NCBI GenBank assembly: GCA_963678065.2
Contig: CAXXVZ010000002.1
Coordinates: 416,001-480,000, forward strand
Length of the DNA stretch: 64,000 nt
DNA from: Treponemataceae bacterium
GTDB taxonomy: Bacteria > Spirochaetota > Spirochaetia > Treponematales > Rectinemataceae
Direction of reading: 5' to 3'
In this document: in pieces, positions 1-9,464 of the stretch
How positions within the stretch are numbered: position 1 is the first letter of the stretch
Layout of the letters: each line of letters opens with the position of its first letter
Translations under genes and position numbers: made by a program
The notes under the pieces: model-generated
Seen by the model: the letters and a program-made list of their open reading frames with translations, nothing else
The model's database searches: none
What the model was told of the DNA's origin: nothing

Positions 1-3
1 ACA

Positions 4-699
4 TCATTGCCCGTGCGGCGGAAGTTTCGTGAGTTCGGCCCCGAAGGGATCGTCCGACTCGAGGCTCTCCTCGAGCACCTCGAGCTCGGACTGCAGCTCG
101 GCGATATTGTCTTCCTGCAGGCGGGCGAGCTGGCGCTCGAGGGAGGATTCGAGGAGCCCGAAGGTGTGCTCGAGCCGCGCTCCCGCATCCGCGACCTGAG
201 CCTCCGAACCTCCCCGCTTCTCAAGCTCGATGGCCAGGCGAGTCAGGCGGGAGGCCGCCTCGCCCTGGTAGCTCAGAAAGGCGTGGGCAGCAGGCGCGTC
301 CTTCGGGTCGGATTCGACGTCGGAGGCTATCGCGTCCAGGAGCTCCGCGATGCGCGAACAGCGGCGGGAAAGGGGATTCGAGCGGCCGAGTTCCGGAATC
401 CTTTCGCGAAGGGAAGCGGCGGCGGCCCTGCCCGCGGCGATGGTCTTTCGGGCGAGTTCCGCGTCGACATAGTCCGTGACAAAGGGCTTTTCGGACCGGG
501 CGCCCGCGCCGCCGAGGCCCGAAACCAGAAACCACAGCGCTGTGTAGCCCGCGACGCCTGCGCCCGCACTCCAGGGAAGCGGCAGACCGACGACAAGCCA
601 GAACAGGAAAAAAAGGGAAGCCGCGCCGAGAGACGATACCAGGGCGGCCAGACCGGAGCCGCCTCCCGGGACGCGACCGGGACCCCCTGCCAGCCTCAC
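4..699 (-). CDS. XpaC-like (5-bromo-4-chloroindolyl phosphate hydrolysis family) membrane protein
   Basis: Two N-terminal TM segments followed by a helical domain with 'DPKD...FLSY' and a C-terminal 'L.EDNIAELQSELEVLE', typical of the XpaC family. The stop overlaps a further ATG at the window edge. Confidence 0.7.
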   Translation of the reverse strand: MRLAGGPGRVPGGGSGLAALVSSLGAASLFFLFWLVVGLPLPWSAGAGVAGYTALWFLVSGLGGAGARSEKPFVTDYVDAELARKTIAAGRAAAASLRERIPELGRSNPLSRRCSRIAELLDAIASDVESDPKDAPAAHAFLSYQGEAASRLTRLAIELEKRGGSEAQVADAGARLEHTFGLLESSLERQLARLQEDNIAELQSELEVLEESLESDDPFGAELTKLPPHGQ

Positions 700-1568
700 T
701 TCGTATCTCCCCCGGGGCCCGGGGATGCCCCGAGACTCGGCGCCTCGAGCTTCGTTATGTCCGCCTCGAGGATGGAACTCAGCGCCTGCGCCAGCTGCTC
801 GCGGTCCGCGGCCGAGGTGACACGGGCGCCGAGGGAGGCGAATCGCTGGAAATAGTCGGAGGCGATGTCGAAACCGACGAAGCTGAGCAGCGTCGATGAG
901 GTCGAGACGACGAGGCCCTCGCGCGAAGCCGAATTGCGATTGGCGTAGAGCGCTTCGATGGTTTTATCCGGCTCGATGCCCTTCGTGTTCTCGCCGTCGG
1001 TGATGATCACGAGAGAGCGGAGTATGGTCCCGGATTGGGCGAGCCATTCCGCGCCGAGCTGGATGGCCTCGCCGATCGCGGTATTTCCGCCCGGAGAAAA
1101 GTTGTCCGGATTCTCCGTGGTGGCCTTGAGCTTCACGATCCCCGCGGCGTCGAGCGGCGTCAGAGGCAGGACAGGATACACGACTTCGTTGAATTTCAGG
1201 AGCCCGACCTTGATCACCTGACCCGGGGGCGACGACGCGACGAGTTTTTCCAGAACCCGCTCGACCTCGGCGAGGGCGGCGGCGGCCTGGATGTACTTTG
1301 GCTTCCCCCCCGACTTGGGCGCGGCGGACATGGAACTCGATACATCGACCGCGATGACGACGCTGATCCCGAGATCGTCGCGGGACGCGAGGGCCGCGTT
1401 GAAGTCGTCGCCGAAGCGGAGGACATAGGCTCCACTCCCGCCTGCGGCGCTGCCTTTTGCGCCGGGCTTCGTACCCGGAGTGAGCAGCTCGGGGAGGATG
1501 AATGTGAGAAGGATTGCCGCGACCACCATGACGATCGCGACCGCCGGAATCGATTTCCCGCTCCGCAT
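696..1568 (-). CDS. Membrane-anchored von Willebrand factor A (vWA) domain protein
   Basis: N-terminal TM helix; MIDAS motif 'VDVSSSM', plus 'GNTAIG' and 'ITDG'. Confidence 0.9.
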   Translation of the reverse strand: MRSGKSIPAVAIVMVVAAILLTFILPELLTPGTKPGAKGSAAGGSGAYVLRFGDDFNAALASRDDLGISVVIAVDVSSSMSAAPKSGGKPKYIQAAAALAEVERVLEKLVASSPPGQVIKVGLLKFNEVVYPVLPLTPLDAAGIVKLKATTENPDNFSPGGNTAIGEAIQLGAEWLAQSGTILRSLVIITDGENTKGIEPDKTIEALYANRNSASREGLVVSTSSTLLSFVGFDIASDYFQRFASLGARVTSAADREQLAQALSSILEADITKLEAPSLGASPGPGGDTK

Positions 1569-1575
1569 GACCAGC

Positions 1576-3261
1576 CTACTCGAAGCTCAGGAACTGGACC
1601 GCGACGCGGCGGTTGGCGTCCGGCACATTCGGGTCAACCGGTTCGTCCCAGCCGCGACCCTCCGTTATCACGCGCTCCGGATCGACCTTGAAGCGCTGGA
1701 TGAGCAGCTTCTTGACGAATTCGGCGCGCCGCTTCGAGATGAGCTTGGCCTGGGCGCTCGCCTCTATGAAGGCCTGCTGCCCCTGTTCTTTGAAGGCCGC
1801 GACCTTCGAGGTATCGAGGTGGCCGACGAGCTTGACCATCGTCGTGCCGAGGAAGCCCATCTGCTCGGCGATTTTGCCGAGCTGCCGCATGTTCTGCCGG
1901 ATCTCCTCGGAGCTGGAGTCGGGATCGAAGTCGAGGCGCTGGGCCTCGAAGAAGAGCTTGATATCCTTCGCGAGCACGAGACGCTGGTTCTCGAGGTCGT
2001 TGATGTCGAGCGCGGCCTTGCGATTGAAACTGTCCTGGATGAGGTTCTTCTGGCCGGCGAAACGGCCGGTCTTGGCTGCTGCCTTGAGGCCCGCCGTATT
2101 GATGACCCGCTCTGCCTCGTAGGAAGCCTCGGGCGGCAGGACGCCGAGCAGCTTGTAGTACTCCTGGCTGAGGAAAAACAGCTTGCTCGCCCCGATCTGG
2201 TTTTCCGGGTCGAAAAACATCGTGGACTCGGGGAGGTTTGCGAGGTGCACCTCGTCGAGAAGGCCCTTGGCCTCCGCCGCGCCACCCGCGAGCTTGTAGA
2301 AAGAGGCCATGGCCGCGTAGGCGGTGTCCGGATTCGTCTTCAGGAGTTCGTAGCCATCGAGCATGCCGGTTACGAGACCCGCGACGAGGTCGGGCTTCTC
2401 GCGCGCAAAATCGTTCCGCGCGACGATGACGTCGGCTATGAGCTGGTTCGCGTCCCGCGAGGTTATGAGAAGCCGGGTTCCCGGCACATATCCGGAATTG
2501 CCCTCCTTGACCGCGTCCGTGAGGAAGGGGGTCCAGGTCACCCAGGCGGCGATGCCTTTGTTGTCGCGGAAGGTCTTGAGCGCGGCCGGGCCGTCGTCGA
2601 CGTGGACGACTTTCACGTCCTTCGGGCTTATGTCGAGCTGGGCGAGATACCAGAGGAGAAAAAAGGAGTAGGGCGAAGGCGAACTCGTCAGTATCGTCTT
2701 GCCTTTGAGTTCCTGAGGATTTTTTACGAAATCGCGGACGAGGATGCCGTCGCCGCCTACCGACCAGTCGAAGAGACCGACGACTTGCGGGACGACGCGC
2801 TTGTCGCCGTGAAGGGCGTCGTACAGAAGAGGAAGGCCGTCCATGCTCGACCAGATGAGAGGATAGCGGCCGGAAGCGAAGCCGTTCATCTGGGCCTGTG
2901 CGCTTTCCTCGCGCACGAGTTCCACAGCGAATTTATGGTTTTTATAAAAAAGCGAGTTCTTGTCCGGCGCTGATCCGCCGTTCGCGGCGAACAGGGCCGC
3001 ATATCCGCCCCAGGTATCCAGAGGAATGCGGACGAGAGGCACGGGACCCTCGCCCAGATCGACACTCGAGAGCGCGTAGCCGCCTATCCCCGCGATCCTG
3101 AGAGGCTCGACCTTGGCGGCCGGAAGCTTCTCGGTGCCCGGAATCGCCGCGATGGCGCCTGGAGTCGCCCTGGAACCGGAAGGAGTCGCGAAACGCCAGA
3201 TAAGGACTCCGCCGACGATGACAAGGAGAAAGACCAGCCCGATCCAGAACGACTTTTTCAT
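1576..3261 (-). CDS. NMT1/SsuA-like substrate-binding domain fused to a C-terminal OmpA-like peptidoglycan-binding domain
   Basis: True start is MKKSFWIG at 3261 (GGAGG RBS). TM anchor, 'DWSVGGDGIL' and 'WTPF' binding-protein motifs, and OmpA motifs 'GHLD', 'SKRRAEFVK', 'GRGWDEP...NRRV'. Confidence 0.85.
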   Translation of the reverse strand: MKKSFWIGLVFLLVIVGGVLIWRFATPSGSRATPGAIAAIPGTEKLPAAKVEPLRIAGIGGYALSSVDLGEGPVPLVRIPLDTWGGYAALFAANGGSAPDKNSLFYKNHKFAVELVREESAQAQMNGFASGRYPLIWSSMDGLPLLYDALHGDKRVVPQVVGLFDWSVGGDGILVRDFVKNPQELKGKTILTSSPSPYSFFLLWYLAQLDISPKDVKVVHVDDGPAALKTFRDNKGIAAWVTWTPFLTDAVKEGNSGYVPGTRLLITSRDANQLIADVIVARNDFAREKPDLVAGLVTGMLDGYELLKTNPDTAYAAMASFYKLAGGAAEAKGLLDEVHLANLPESTMFFDPENQIGASKLFFLSQEYYKLLGVLPPEASYEAERVINTAGLKAAAKTGRFAGQKNLIQDSFNRKAALDINDLENQRLVLAKDIKLFFEAQRLDFDPDSSSEEIRQNMRQLGKIAEQMGFLGTTMVKLVGHLDTSKVAAFKEQGQQAFIEASAQAKLISKRRAEFVKKLLIQRFKVDPERVITEGRGWDEPVDPNVPDANRRVAVQFLSFE

Positions 3262-3348
3262 GCAGGCCTCCATATGAAGGATAGGAAAGGGCAGGTCAGC
3301 TGTCAATGTGCGTGCGGCGCCGCGGCGCGATGCGGGCCAATCGCCGCC

Positions 3349-3567
3349 ATGCTCACCGAGGGCGGGTGCAGCGTTTTCACGGCCGCAGACGAAAAACAGG
3401 GCGATTTCGCTGTCCGGTGCCCGCAGGAACAGGGCAATTCCAGTATTCTCGTGGAAATCGGCGGAAGCGCAAAAGAAAGGAAGAAGGCCGATTTCGTCAT
3501 CCGCGACGATATCGACTACCCCGCTGGCCGCGCGATACCGATGTGGGCGCTGGGATTCATGTACTGA
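3349..3567 (+). pseudogene. C-terminal remnant of an AAA ATPase (AAA_14/DUF4143-type)
   Basis: Ends 'GDF...VEIGGSAKERKKADFVIRDDIDYPAGRAIPMWALGFMY', matching the conserved C-terminus (EIGG...DDI...IPLWLFGFLY) of this family. No P-loop region is present. Confidence 0.6.
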
Positions 3568-3666
3568 GCGCCCCCGTATTGCCTCATCCAGAAATCTAAC
3601 CGAAGGAAGGGCCCCTTGCCTCCCCGCCGCGGAGGGTTTAGCATCGTCATTCTGAAGGAGTTCAGA

Positions 3667-5106
3667 ATGACGATGGATCTCAGGCGGCTTCTCGAGGCCG
3701 CGCTTCCGAAAGGCGTCGAGTGGGCCGGCCTGCGCCGCGTCCGCACCAACTCGCGCTCCTACACGGCCAAGGACGGGAAATTCGAGTCTTCGTTCGACTT
3801 CGTCGACGAGGGATACATGATCGAGGTGCTCGCGGACGGGCAATTCGGCTACGCTTGCCTCGTCTCCGCCGATCCTGAGGGATTGCGGGCGGCAGCGGAA
3901 CGGGCCCTCGAACTCGCGCAGGCGGCGGTGCCTTTCGCCATCCATCGCTTCGGCGCCGGGGTGAGACCAGCAACCATCCTGCGCTACGAGAGCGCGCGGA
4001 AACTGCGGTCGGTCTACACGGCCGACACCCTCTCGCGGCACGCCGTCCGCCTCACCGAGGCGATGCGGATCTCGGACAAGATCGTCCAGGCCTTCGCAGA
4101 AATCGAAACGCGGGACATCGAGACCGAAATCGTCTCGACCTCGGGGGCCGATATCGCCCAGTTCACGCACATCCTCGGCTACGGGACCCAGGCCATCGCG
4201 CGCGACGGGACGGTCACCCAGCGCAGGACCCTGAACGGGCCGCGCGGCAGGACCCTCCAGGGCGGCCGCGAGCTTCTCGACCTGGAAGGCGGAATCGAGG
4301 AAGCCAGAAAGGCGGCCGAACAGGCCATCGAGCTTCTCAGTGCGGCGGAATGCCCGAACGGAGTGGCCGACCTCGTCCTCGCCCCGGATCAGATGATGCT
4401 CCAGATCCACGAATCCGTCGGCCATCCCCTCGAGCTCGACCGCATACTCGGCGACGAGCGCAACTACGCGGGCTCCACCTTCGTCAAACTCTCGGACATC
4501 GGCAGCCTGCGCTACGGATCAAAGCTCATGAACATCAGCTTCGATCCGACGATCCCGAACGAGCCCGCCTCCTACGGGGCCGACGACATCGGCGCTCCGG
4601 CCGCGAAGGAGTACCTCATAAAGGACGGCATCCTCGTTCGCGCCCTGGGGAGCCTGGAGAGCCAGGCCCGCACGGGCAAGCCGGGCGTCGCCAACCAGCG
4701 CGCCCAGGACTGGTTCCGCGCTCCGATCGACCGCATGGCCAACCTCAACCTGGAGCCGGGCGCGGACAGCTTCGACACGATCATTTCTTCCATAGAAAAG
4801 GGAGTTTTCATGGAGGCGAACCGCTCCTGGTCGATCGACGATTACCGCAACAAGTTCCAGTTCGGCTGCGAGTACGGCAGGCTCATCGAGAACGGCAAGC
4901 TCGGGAAGGTCGTGCGGAATCCGAACTACCGCGGCGTCTCGGCGACTTTCTGGAGGAACCTCTGCGCGGTCGGCGACAGCTCCACTTTCGAGGTGTACGG
5001 GACCCCGAACTGCGGAAAGGGCGAGCCCAACCAAGTGATCACCGTCGGCCACGCGAGCCCGGTTTGCGCCTTCCGCGGCGTCGAAATCTTCGGAGGTGAA
5101 GCATGA
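3667..5106 (+). CDS. tldD: TldD/PmbA family metalloprotease, catalytic subunit
   Basis: HExxGH motif 'IHESVGHPLE', 'RMAN', C-terminal 'CGKGEPNQ'; AAGGAG RBS. Confidence 0.9.
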   Translation: MTMDLRRLLEAALPKGVEWAGLRRVRTNSRSYTAKDGKFESSFDFVDEGYMIEVLADGQFGYACLVSADPEGLRAAAERALELAQAAVPFAIHRFGAGVRPATILRYESARKLRSVYTADTLSRHAVRLTEAMRISDKIVQAFAEIETRDIETEIVSTSGADIAQFTHILGYGTQAIARDGTVTQRRTLNGPRGRTLQGGRELLDLEGGIEEARKAAEQAIELLSAAECPNGVADLVLAPDQMMLQIHESVGHPLELDRILGDERNYAGSTFVKLSDIGSLRYGSKLMNISFDPTIPNEPASYGADDIGAPAAKEYLIKDGILVRALGSLESQARTGKPGVANQRAQDWFRAPIDRMANLNLEPGADSFDTIISSIEKGVFMEANRSWSIDDYRNKFQFGCEYGRLIENGKLGKVVRNPNYRGVSATFWRNLCAVGDSSTFEVYGTPNCGKGEPNQVITVGHASPVCAFRGVEIFGGEA

Positions 5107-6488
5107 AGGCCGGAACCACTTCCGCGCGCGGTCCAGCGGCCACGCGCGATCTCGAGGCGGTCTTCGACCGCGCCTGCGATCTCCTCTTGAGCGAACTAGC
5201 GTCAGGCGAGGCCGCCGCGATCGAATTCTCGGGGGAGAACTCGACCTTCATGCGCTTCAACGGAGCGAAGGTGCGCCAGATCGGGACGGTCGACAGGGCC
5301 CTCGTCGAGTTCAAGTACTACCGCGACGGAAGGACGATCGGAAGTTCGGTCCAACTCGGCGGCGACGAATCGGAGGACAGGGAGCGGACAGTCCGCGCCC
5401 TCGCGCGCGCACGGCGTGAGGCAGCCCTGTTGCCGGAGGATCCCTACCAGACGCTGCCGACAGCGGCAGGCGTCTCGCGGGAGAGCTTCACGGGCTCTCT
5501 GCCCGGGAACGCGCGCATTCCCGAGGAAGTCCTTGCGCCCGCGAAGTCCATCGCGGAGGTGGGGGCCGATTTCGTCGGCATCCACAGTCAGGGACCGGTC
5601 TGCCGGGGAGCCGCGAACAGCCGGGGTGCCCGTCACTGGTTCGCGACCGAGACCTTCGCGACCGACTACTCCGCACATCTTCCGAGCGGCAAGGCGGTCA
5701 AATCCTGCTACGCGGGCAGGACCTGGGATGGCGCCGAATACCGGCGCAGGCTCGAATCCGAGCGCCCCAAGCTCGAAGCCATGGGCAGGGCGGAGAAACA
5801 GCTCGCCCCGGGCGAGTACCGCGTCTACATCGCCCCCGACGCGCTCGCCGAATTCATGGTTTTCTTCTCCTGGAACGGCCTCTCCGAGCGGGAGATCCGC
5901 GAGGGTGAAAGCGCGTGGATCGCCCTCAAGGAAGGGCGCAGCTCGCTGTCGCCGAAATTCGACCTCACGCAGGACTTCGGACTCGGCGTCATGCCGCGCT
6001 TCAACTCGCTCGGCGAGGTGGCCCCGGAACGCCTGCCTCTCATTGAGGGTGGCAGGCTCGCGAACACCCTGGTCTCGGCCCGCAGCGCGGTGCAGTACGG
6101 AATCGCGTCCAACGCCGCCCCCGAGGGCGAGTTCCTGCGCTCCGGCGCGATAGGCTCAGGCGGGCTGGCCGCGGACAGGGCATTGGAGGCCCTCGGCACC
6201 GGGCTCTTCATCTCCAACCTGCACTACCTCAACTGGAGCGATTTCGACTCCGCCCGCGTGACGGGTATGACCCGCTTCGCCTGTCTCTGGGTCGAGGGCG
6301 GCAGGATCGTCGCCCCGATAAAGGACATGCGCTTCGACGAGAGCCTCTACCGGCTCTGGGGCGACAAACTCGCCGCGGTGACCGCCGAGCGATCCCTCGT
6401 CGTCGAGACCGGGAGTTATTTCTTCCGCAGCCTCGAGGGTTCCCTGTTGCCGGGCATGCTGGTGGACGGGTTTACCCTGACGCTCTGA
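5103..6488 (+). CDS. TldE/PmbA family partner subunit
   Basis: ATGA overlap with tldD; 'LAPGEYRVY' and 'TGMTRFA' motifs; no HExxH. Confidence 0.85.
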   Translation: MKAGTTSARGPAATRDLEAVFDRACDLLLSELASGEAAAIEFSGENSTFMRFNGAKVRQIGTVDRALVEFKYYRDGRTIGSSVQLGGDESEDRERTVRALARARREAALLPEDPYQTLPTAAGVSRESFTGSLPGNARIPEEVLAPAKSIAEVGADFVGIHSQGPVCRGAANSRGARHWFATETFATDYSAHLPSGKAVKSCYAGRTWDGAEYRRRLESERPKLEAMGRAEKQLAPGEYRVYIAPDALAEFMVFFSWNGLSEREIREGESAWIALKEGRSSLSPKFDLTQDFGLGVMPRFNSLGEVAPERLPLIEGGRLANTLVSARSAVQYGIASNAAPEGEFLRSGAIGSGGLAADRALEALGTGLFISNLHYLNWSDFDSARVTGMTRFACLWVEGGRIVAPIKDMRFDESLYRLWGDKLAAVTAERSLVVETGSYFFRSLEGSLLPGMLVDGFTLTL

Positions 6489-6501
6489 ACGGCCGGGAGG
6501 G

Positions 6502-6858
6502 TCACTTCCCGGCAGCGACCGAGGCCCCGCTCGTCGCATCGAGCTTCGCCTTCGCGTAGGGCGGGATCGAGAAGGCGATGACGGCGACGAGGAGAATGCC
6601 GATGATGGCCGGCGCGCGCCAGGAGCGCTTCACGCCCGCGCGGGGTCCGAAAAACCTCGCGCGGATGACGCAGGTTGTGCCCGCGAAGAGGGCGCAGATG
6701 GCGGTCGCAATGGGTGCAAAGGTGCACAGCGACTTGTAGCCGAGCACGTTCTCCCAGCTCGCCCCGGCTCTCGGGACGAGGGTTGCGACCGCGGCGGCCG
6801 CGAAGAGGGCGCTCAGGCCGAGCAGGGGGAGATAGAGCCTCTGGCTTCTGTTTTCCAC
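6502..6858 (-). CDS. Small 3-TM membrane protein with a C-terminal DATSGAS motif
   Basis: Hydrophobic segments and 'NVLGYKSLCTFAP'; GGAGG RBS upstream of a GTG start; follows the TetR gene. Confidence 0.7.
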   Translation of the reverse strand: MENRSQRLYLPLLGLSALFAAAAVATLVPRAGASWENVLGYKSLCTFAPIATAICALFAGTTCVIRARFFGPRAGVKRSWRAPAIIGILLVAVIAFSIPPYAKAKLDATSGASVAAGK

Positions 6859-6876
6859 GATTTCCTCCGATAGGTA

Positions 6877-7554
6877 TCAAGATTTCCGGTTCAGATCCGG
6901 GTCGATGACGATTTTCCGTTTGTCCGGGGGGATGCTGATCCCCTTCTCGGCGAAGAGCGCGGACCAGGCTTTGGCCGCGACCTCGCCGCCGTACTCGTCG
7001 ATCCCCGCGACGATGCCGTACATCATCACGGAACCTGCCGCGAGGAGCTTTCGCAGGATGGCCTTGTCCGAGTTTTCCTCGTCGTAGCCGACAAGGACGG
7101 CGAGGGCCATCCCGAGCGAGAAGGTCCAGAGCCAGTCGTAGATGCGGTCCAGGGTGGCAGGATCGAAGGCTGCGAGGCGCTCGTCCTCGGGCATGCGCTC
7201 GCGGTTCGATCGCCTGAAGCGGTCGAAGACCCCCGAGGCCTTGCCGCCCCGGTAGAGCGCCATGAAGAGTTTGGGCTCATCGCGCGCGAAGGCGATGAAA
7301 CCCGCCCCGCTGTTGAGGAAGGAGCCCGTCGACCAGGGCCGGGAGCAGTACTCGTCGAGCCTGCGGACGATCTCCTCAAGGAGCCAGTCCGAGAGTTCCT
7401 CCATCGAGGCGAAAGCCCCGTAGACGGGCGCCACCGAGACGCCGAGCCTTGCGCCGACGGCGCGGGCTGTCAGCGCGTCCCAGCCCTGTGCGCGGACAAG
7501 CTCCAGGGCGGCCCGGCCGACCTCATCAGGCGAAAAACTGGTGCTTCGCGGCAT
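6877..7554 (-). CDS. TetR/AcrR family regulator
   Basis: N-terminal HTH 'LTARAVGARLGVSVAPVYGAF'. Confidence 0.9.
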   Translation of the reverse strand: MPRSTSFSPDEVGRAALELVRAQGWDALTARAVGARLGVSVAPVYGAFASMEELSDWLLEEIVRRLDEYCSRPWSTGSFLNSGAGFIAFARDEPKLFMALYRGGKASGVFDRFRRSNRERMPEDERLAAFDPATLDRIYDWLWTFSLGMALAVLVGYDEENSDKAILRKLLAAGSVMMYGIVAGIDEYGGEVAAKAWSALFAEKGISIPPDKRKIVIDPDLNRKS

Positions 7555-7580
7555 GCTCCGGACTCCTTTGGATTACATTC

Positions 7581-7609
7581 ATTATATAACATGCGTTAGG
7601 TAACGTCAA
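7581..7609 (-). promoter_or_regulatory. Sigma70 promoter of tetR with a likely autoregulatory operator
   Basis: TTGACG-17-TATAAT on the minus strand; the spacer contains the inverted repeat TAAC-atgc-GTTA (7587-7598). Confidence 0.75.
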
Positions 7610-7696
7610 CTATTTAACCCGGGATTCTTCTGCGACATGTCGAAAAGAAAGGCTGATCCTGATGTCGTCCGGCAACAAAGCCAAGCTTCTAGTTGT

Positions 7697-9448
7697 TCAA
7701 GGCGCAGCGCGGGCCGCTCGAATTCGATTATATTCTTCTACCATGATGGCCAGGTCGGAGGGATCGGTATCTGCCCCTTCGTCGTTGGGCTTGAGCAGGG
7801 CAGCAGGGAGGCGGTCGCTCTCCGGGCCGAGCCCCTCACGCCGGTTGTATTCGCGGCTGGCAAGGGTGACTCTATTGGCGAAGCTCTCGAGATCATGCTT
7901 GCTCCAGTCGAGCCCGACGGCTCCGCGGATGAGGATTCCCAACTCGTCCCACTTTATGAAGTCCCGGAAGAAGCGGCAGAGGATCATGCAGTCGAAGATG
8001 CATGAACGATCCTCGTAGTCGATATGCTTTTCGGCCTTGCCGACGATCACTTCCGGTTTGATCTCCCCACTCAACTCGGCCTTGTAGAAGGTGCCGCGCA
8101 GATGGCAGGCGCCGCGGGCCGCTGTGGCGTAGGAGAGTCCCATGCCCTTGAGCACGCGCGGATCGAAACCTGCCGGTTCGAGGCCTTTTACGTGGACCGC
8201 GATGTCCTCCAGGCCCCATGCCTGTGCGGCCGATTTGATCCCGCCGGCCAGTATCTCCCCGACGCCCTCCCGCCGCGAGATTGCACCGAAGAGCTCGGCC
8301 ATGCGGTCGCTCTGCCCGTAGTCGATGTCGAAATCAGACTTGCCGCGCAGTCTCGCCTCGACGGCGAAGGCGCTGATGTTGCCGGCGCTCATCGTATCGA
8401 TGCCGAGCCTGTCGCAGACGTCGTTGAGCCATGCGACCTCCTCCAGCGGCGCTACGCAATTGAGGCCGCCCAAGGCGTAGATCGTCTCGTACTCCGGACC
8501 GTCCAATTCGAGGCCGGCGTGGCGACCGGCCTTGAGGCGGCTTTTTTTGGTACACTGGAGAAAACAGCTCGGACAACCGTGGTTGGACACCTCGAAATGC
8601 TCGTTCATGTAGTCGGACGAGAGTTCCTGCCAGCGGTCGAAAGTGCCGGATTGCCAGTATCGTGTCGGAAAGCATTTCATGGCATTGGTCACGACGACCT
8701 GGCTGGGCGTTCCGCGCCTGCGGTAGTTTTGGGTGATCGGGGAATCCTTCCACTTTTGCGCCAGGATCCGGTTGAATTCCAGGAGGGCCGCCTTGTCGGC
8801 CGCCGCGACCCGGAGAGAGCCCGCGAAGGTCATGGCCTTGACGCCCTTGGCTCCGAGCACGGCGCCCATACCGCCCCGGCCGAGGCTGCGCCAATGGTCG
8901 CTCTTGATGCAGGCGAAGGCAACCCTGTTTTCCCCGGCCGGGCCGATGGTGAGGGCGGACGCGCCCGCGGCCGAGCGGGCGAGGACATAGTCCTCCGTGG
9001 CGTAGGTTTCCCAGCCCTGTAGCTCTCCGGCTTCCTCGAAGGATACTCCCTTCTCGTCGAAGCGCAGCCAGACCGGTCGGTCGCTTGCGCCTCTCAGCAC
9101 GATCGCGTCGATGCCGCAGCCTTTGATCTTGTCGACAGCCGTTCCCCCGCAGTAACTCTCGCCATAGCCCCCGGTGGCCGGGCTCTTGGCGTAGGCGCCG
9201 AATCGCGCCCGGCCCCAGACCTTGGTATGGGAAAGCGGTCCGGCAGCCAGCACGAAGATCGCCTCGGGAGCCAGCGGATCGACCCCTGGTGGATTCTCAT
9301 CGAGAAGGAGATGTGTACCGAGCCCCTTTCCGCCCAAGGTGCGCTCGAGTAGGCTGTCCGGCAGTTCGGCGAATTCGAACCGACGCCGTGTCAGATCGAC
9401 CCGCAATATCCTCTTGAAAAAGCCGTTCACGAAAGAGGTTGCCGCCAT
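7697..9448 (-). CDS. aor: Aldehyde:ferredoxin oxidoreductase (W/Mo-pterin AOR family)
   Basis: 'GRGGMGAVLGAK', 'CPSCFLQC', 'GPEYET', 'GIDTMSAG', 'RGACHL' motifs; GGAGG RBS before ATG 9448. Confidence 0.92.
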   Translation of the reverse strand: MAATSFVNGFFKRILRVDLTRRRFEFAELPDSLLERTLGGKGLGTHLLLDENPPGVDPLAPEAIFVLAAGPLSHTKVWGRARFGAYAKSPATGGYGESYCGGTAVDKIKGCGIDAIVLRGASDRPVWLRFDEKGVSFEEAGELQGWETYATEDYVLARSAAGASALTIGPAGENRVAFACIKSDHWRSLGRGGMGAVLGAKGVKAMTFAGSLRVAAADKAALLEFNRILAQKWKDSPITQNYRRRGTPSQVVVTNAMKCFPTRYWQSGTFDRWQELSSDYMNEHFEVSNHGCPSCFLQCTKKSRLKAGRHAGLELDGPEYETIYALGGLNCVAPLEEVAWLNDVCDRLGIDTMSAGNISAFAVEARLRGKSDFDIDYGQSDRMAELFGAISRREGVGEILAGGIKSAAQAWGLEDIAVHVKGLEPAGFDPRVLKGMGLSYATAARGACHLRGTFYKAELSGEIKPEVIVGKAEKHIDYEDRSCIFDCMILCRFFRDFIKWDELGILIRGAVGLDWSKHDLESFANRVTLASREYNRREGLGPESDRLPAALLKPNDEGADTDPSDLAIMVEEYNRIRAARAAP

Positions 9449-9464
9449 AAGCCTCCCCCTTTGT

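Noticed and set aside
3262..4425. N-terminal 388 aa of the 949-aa ORF 1576..4425
   Set aside because: Antisense shadow of tldD. The real start is at 3261, with an RBS and a TM anchor.
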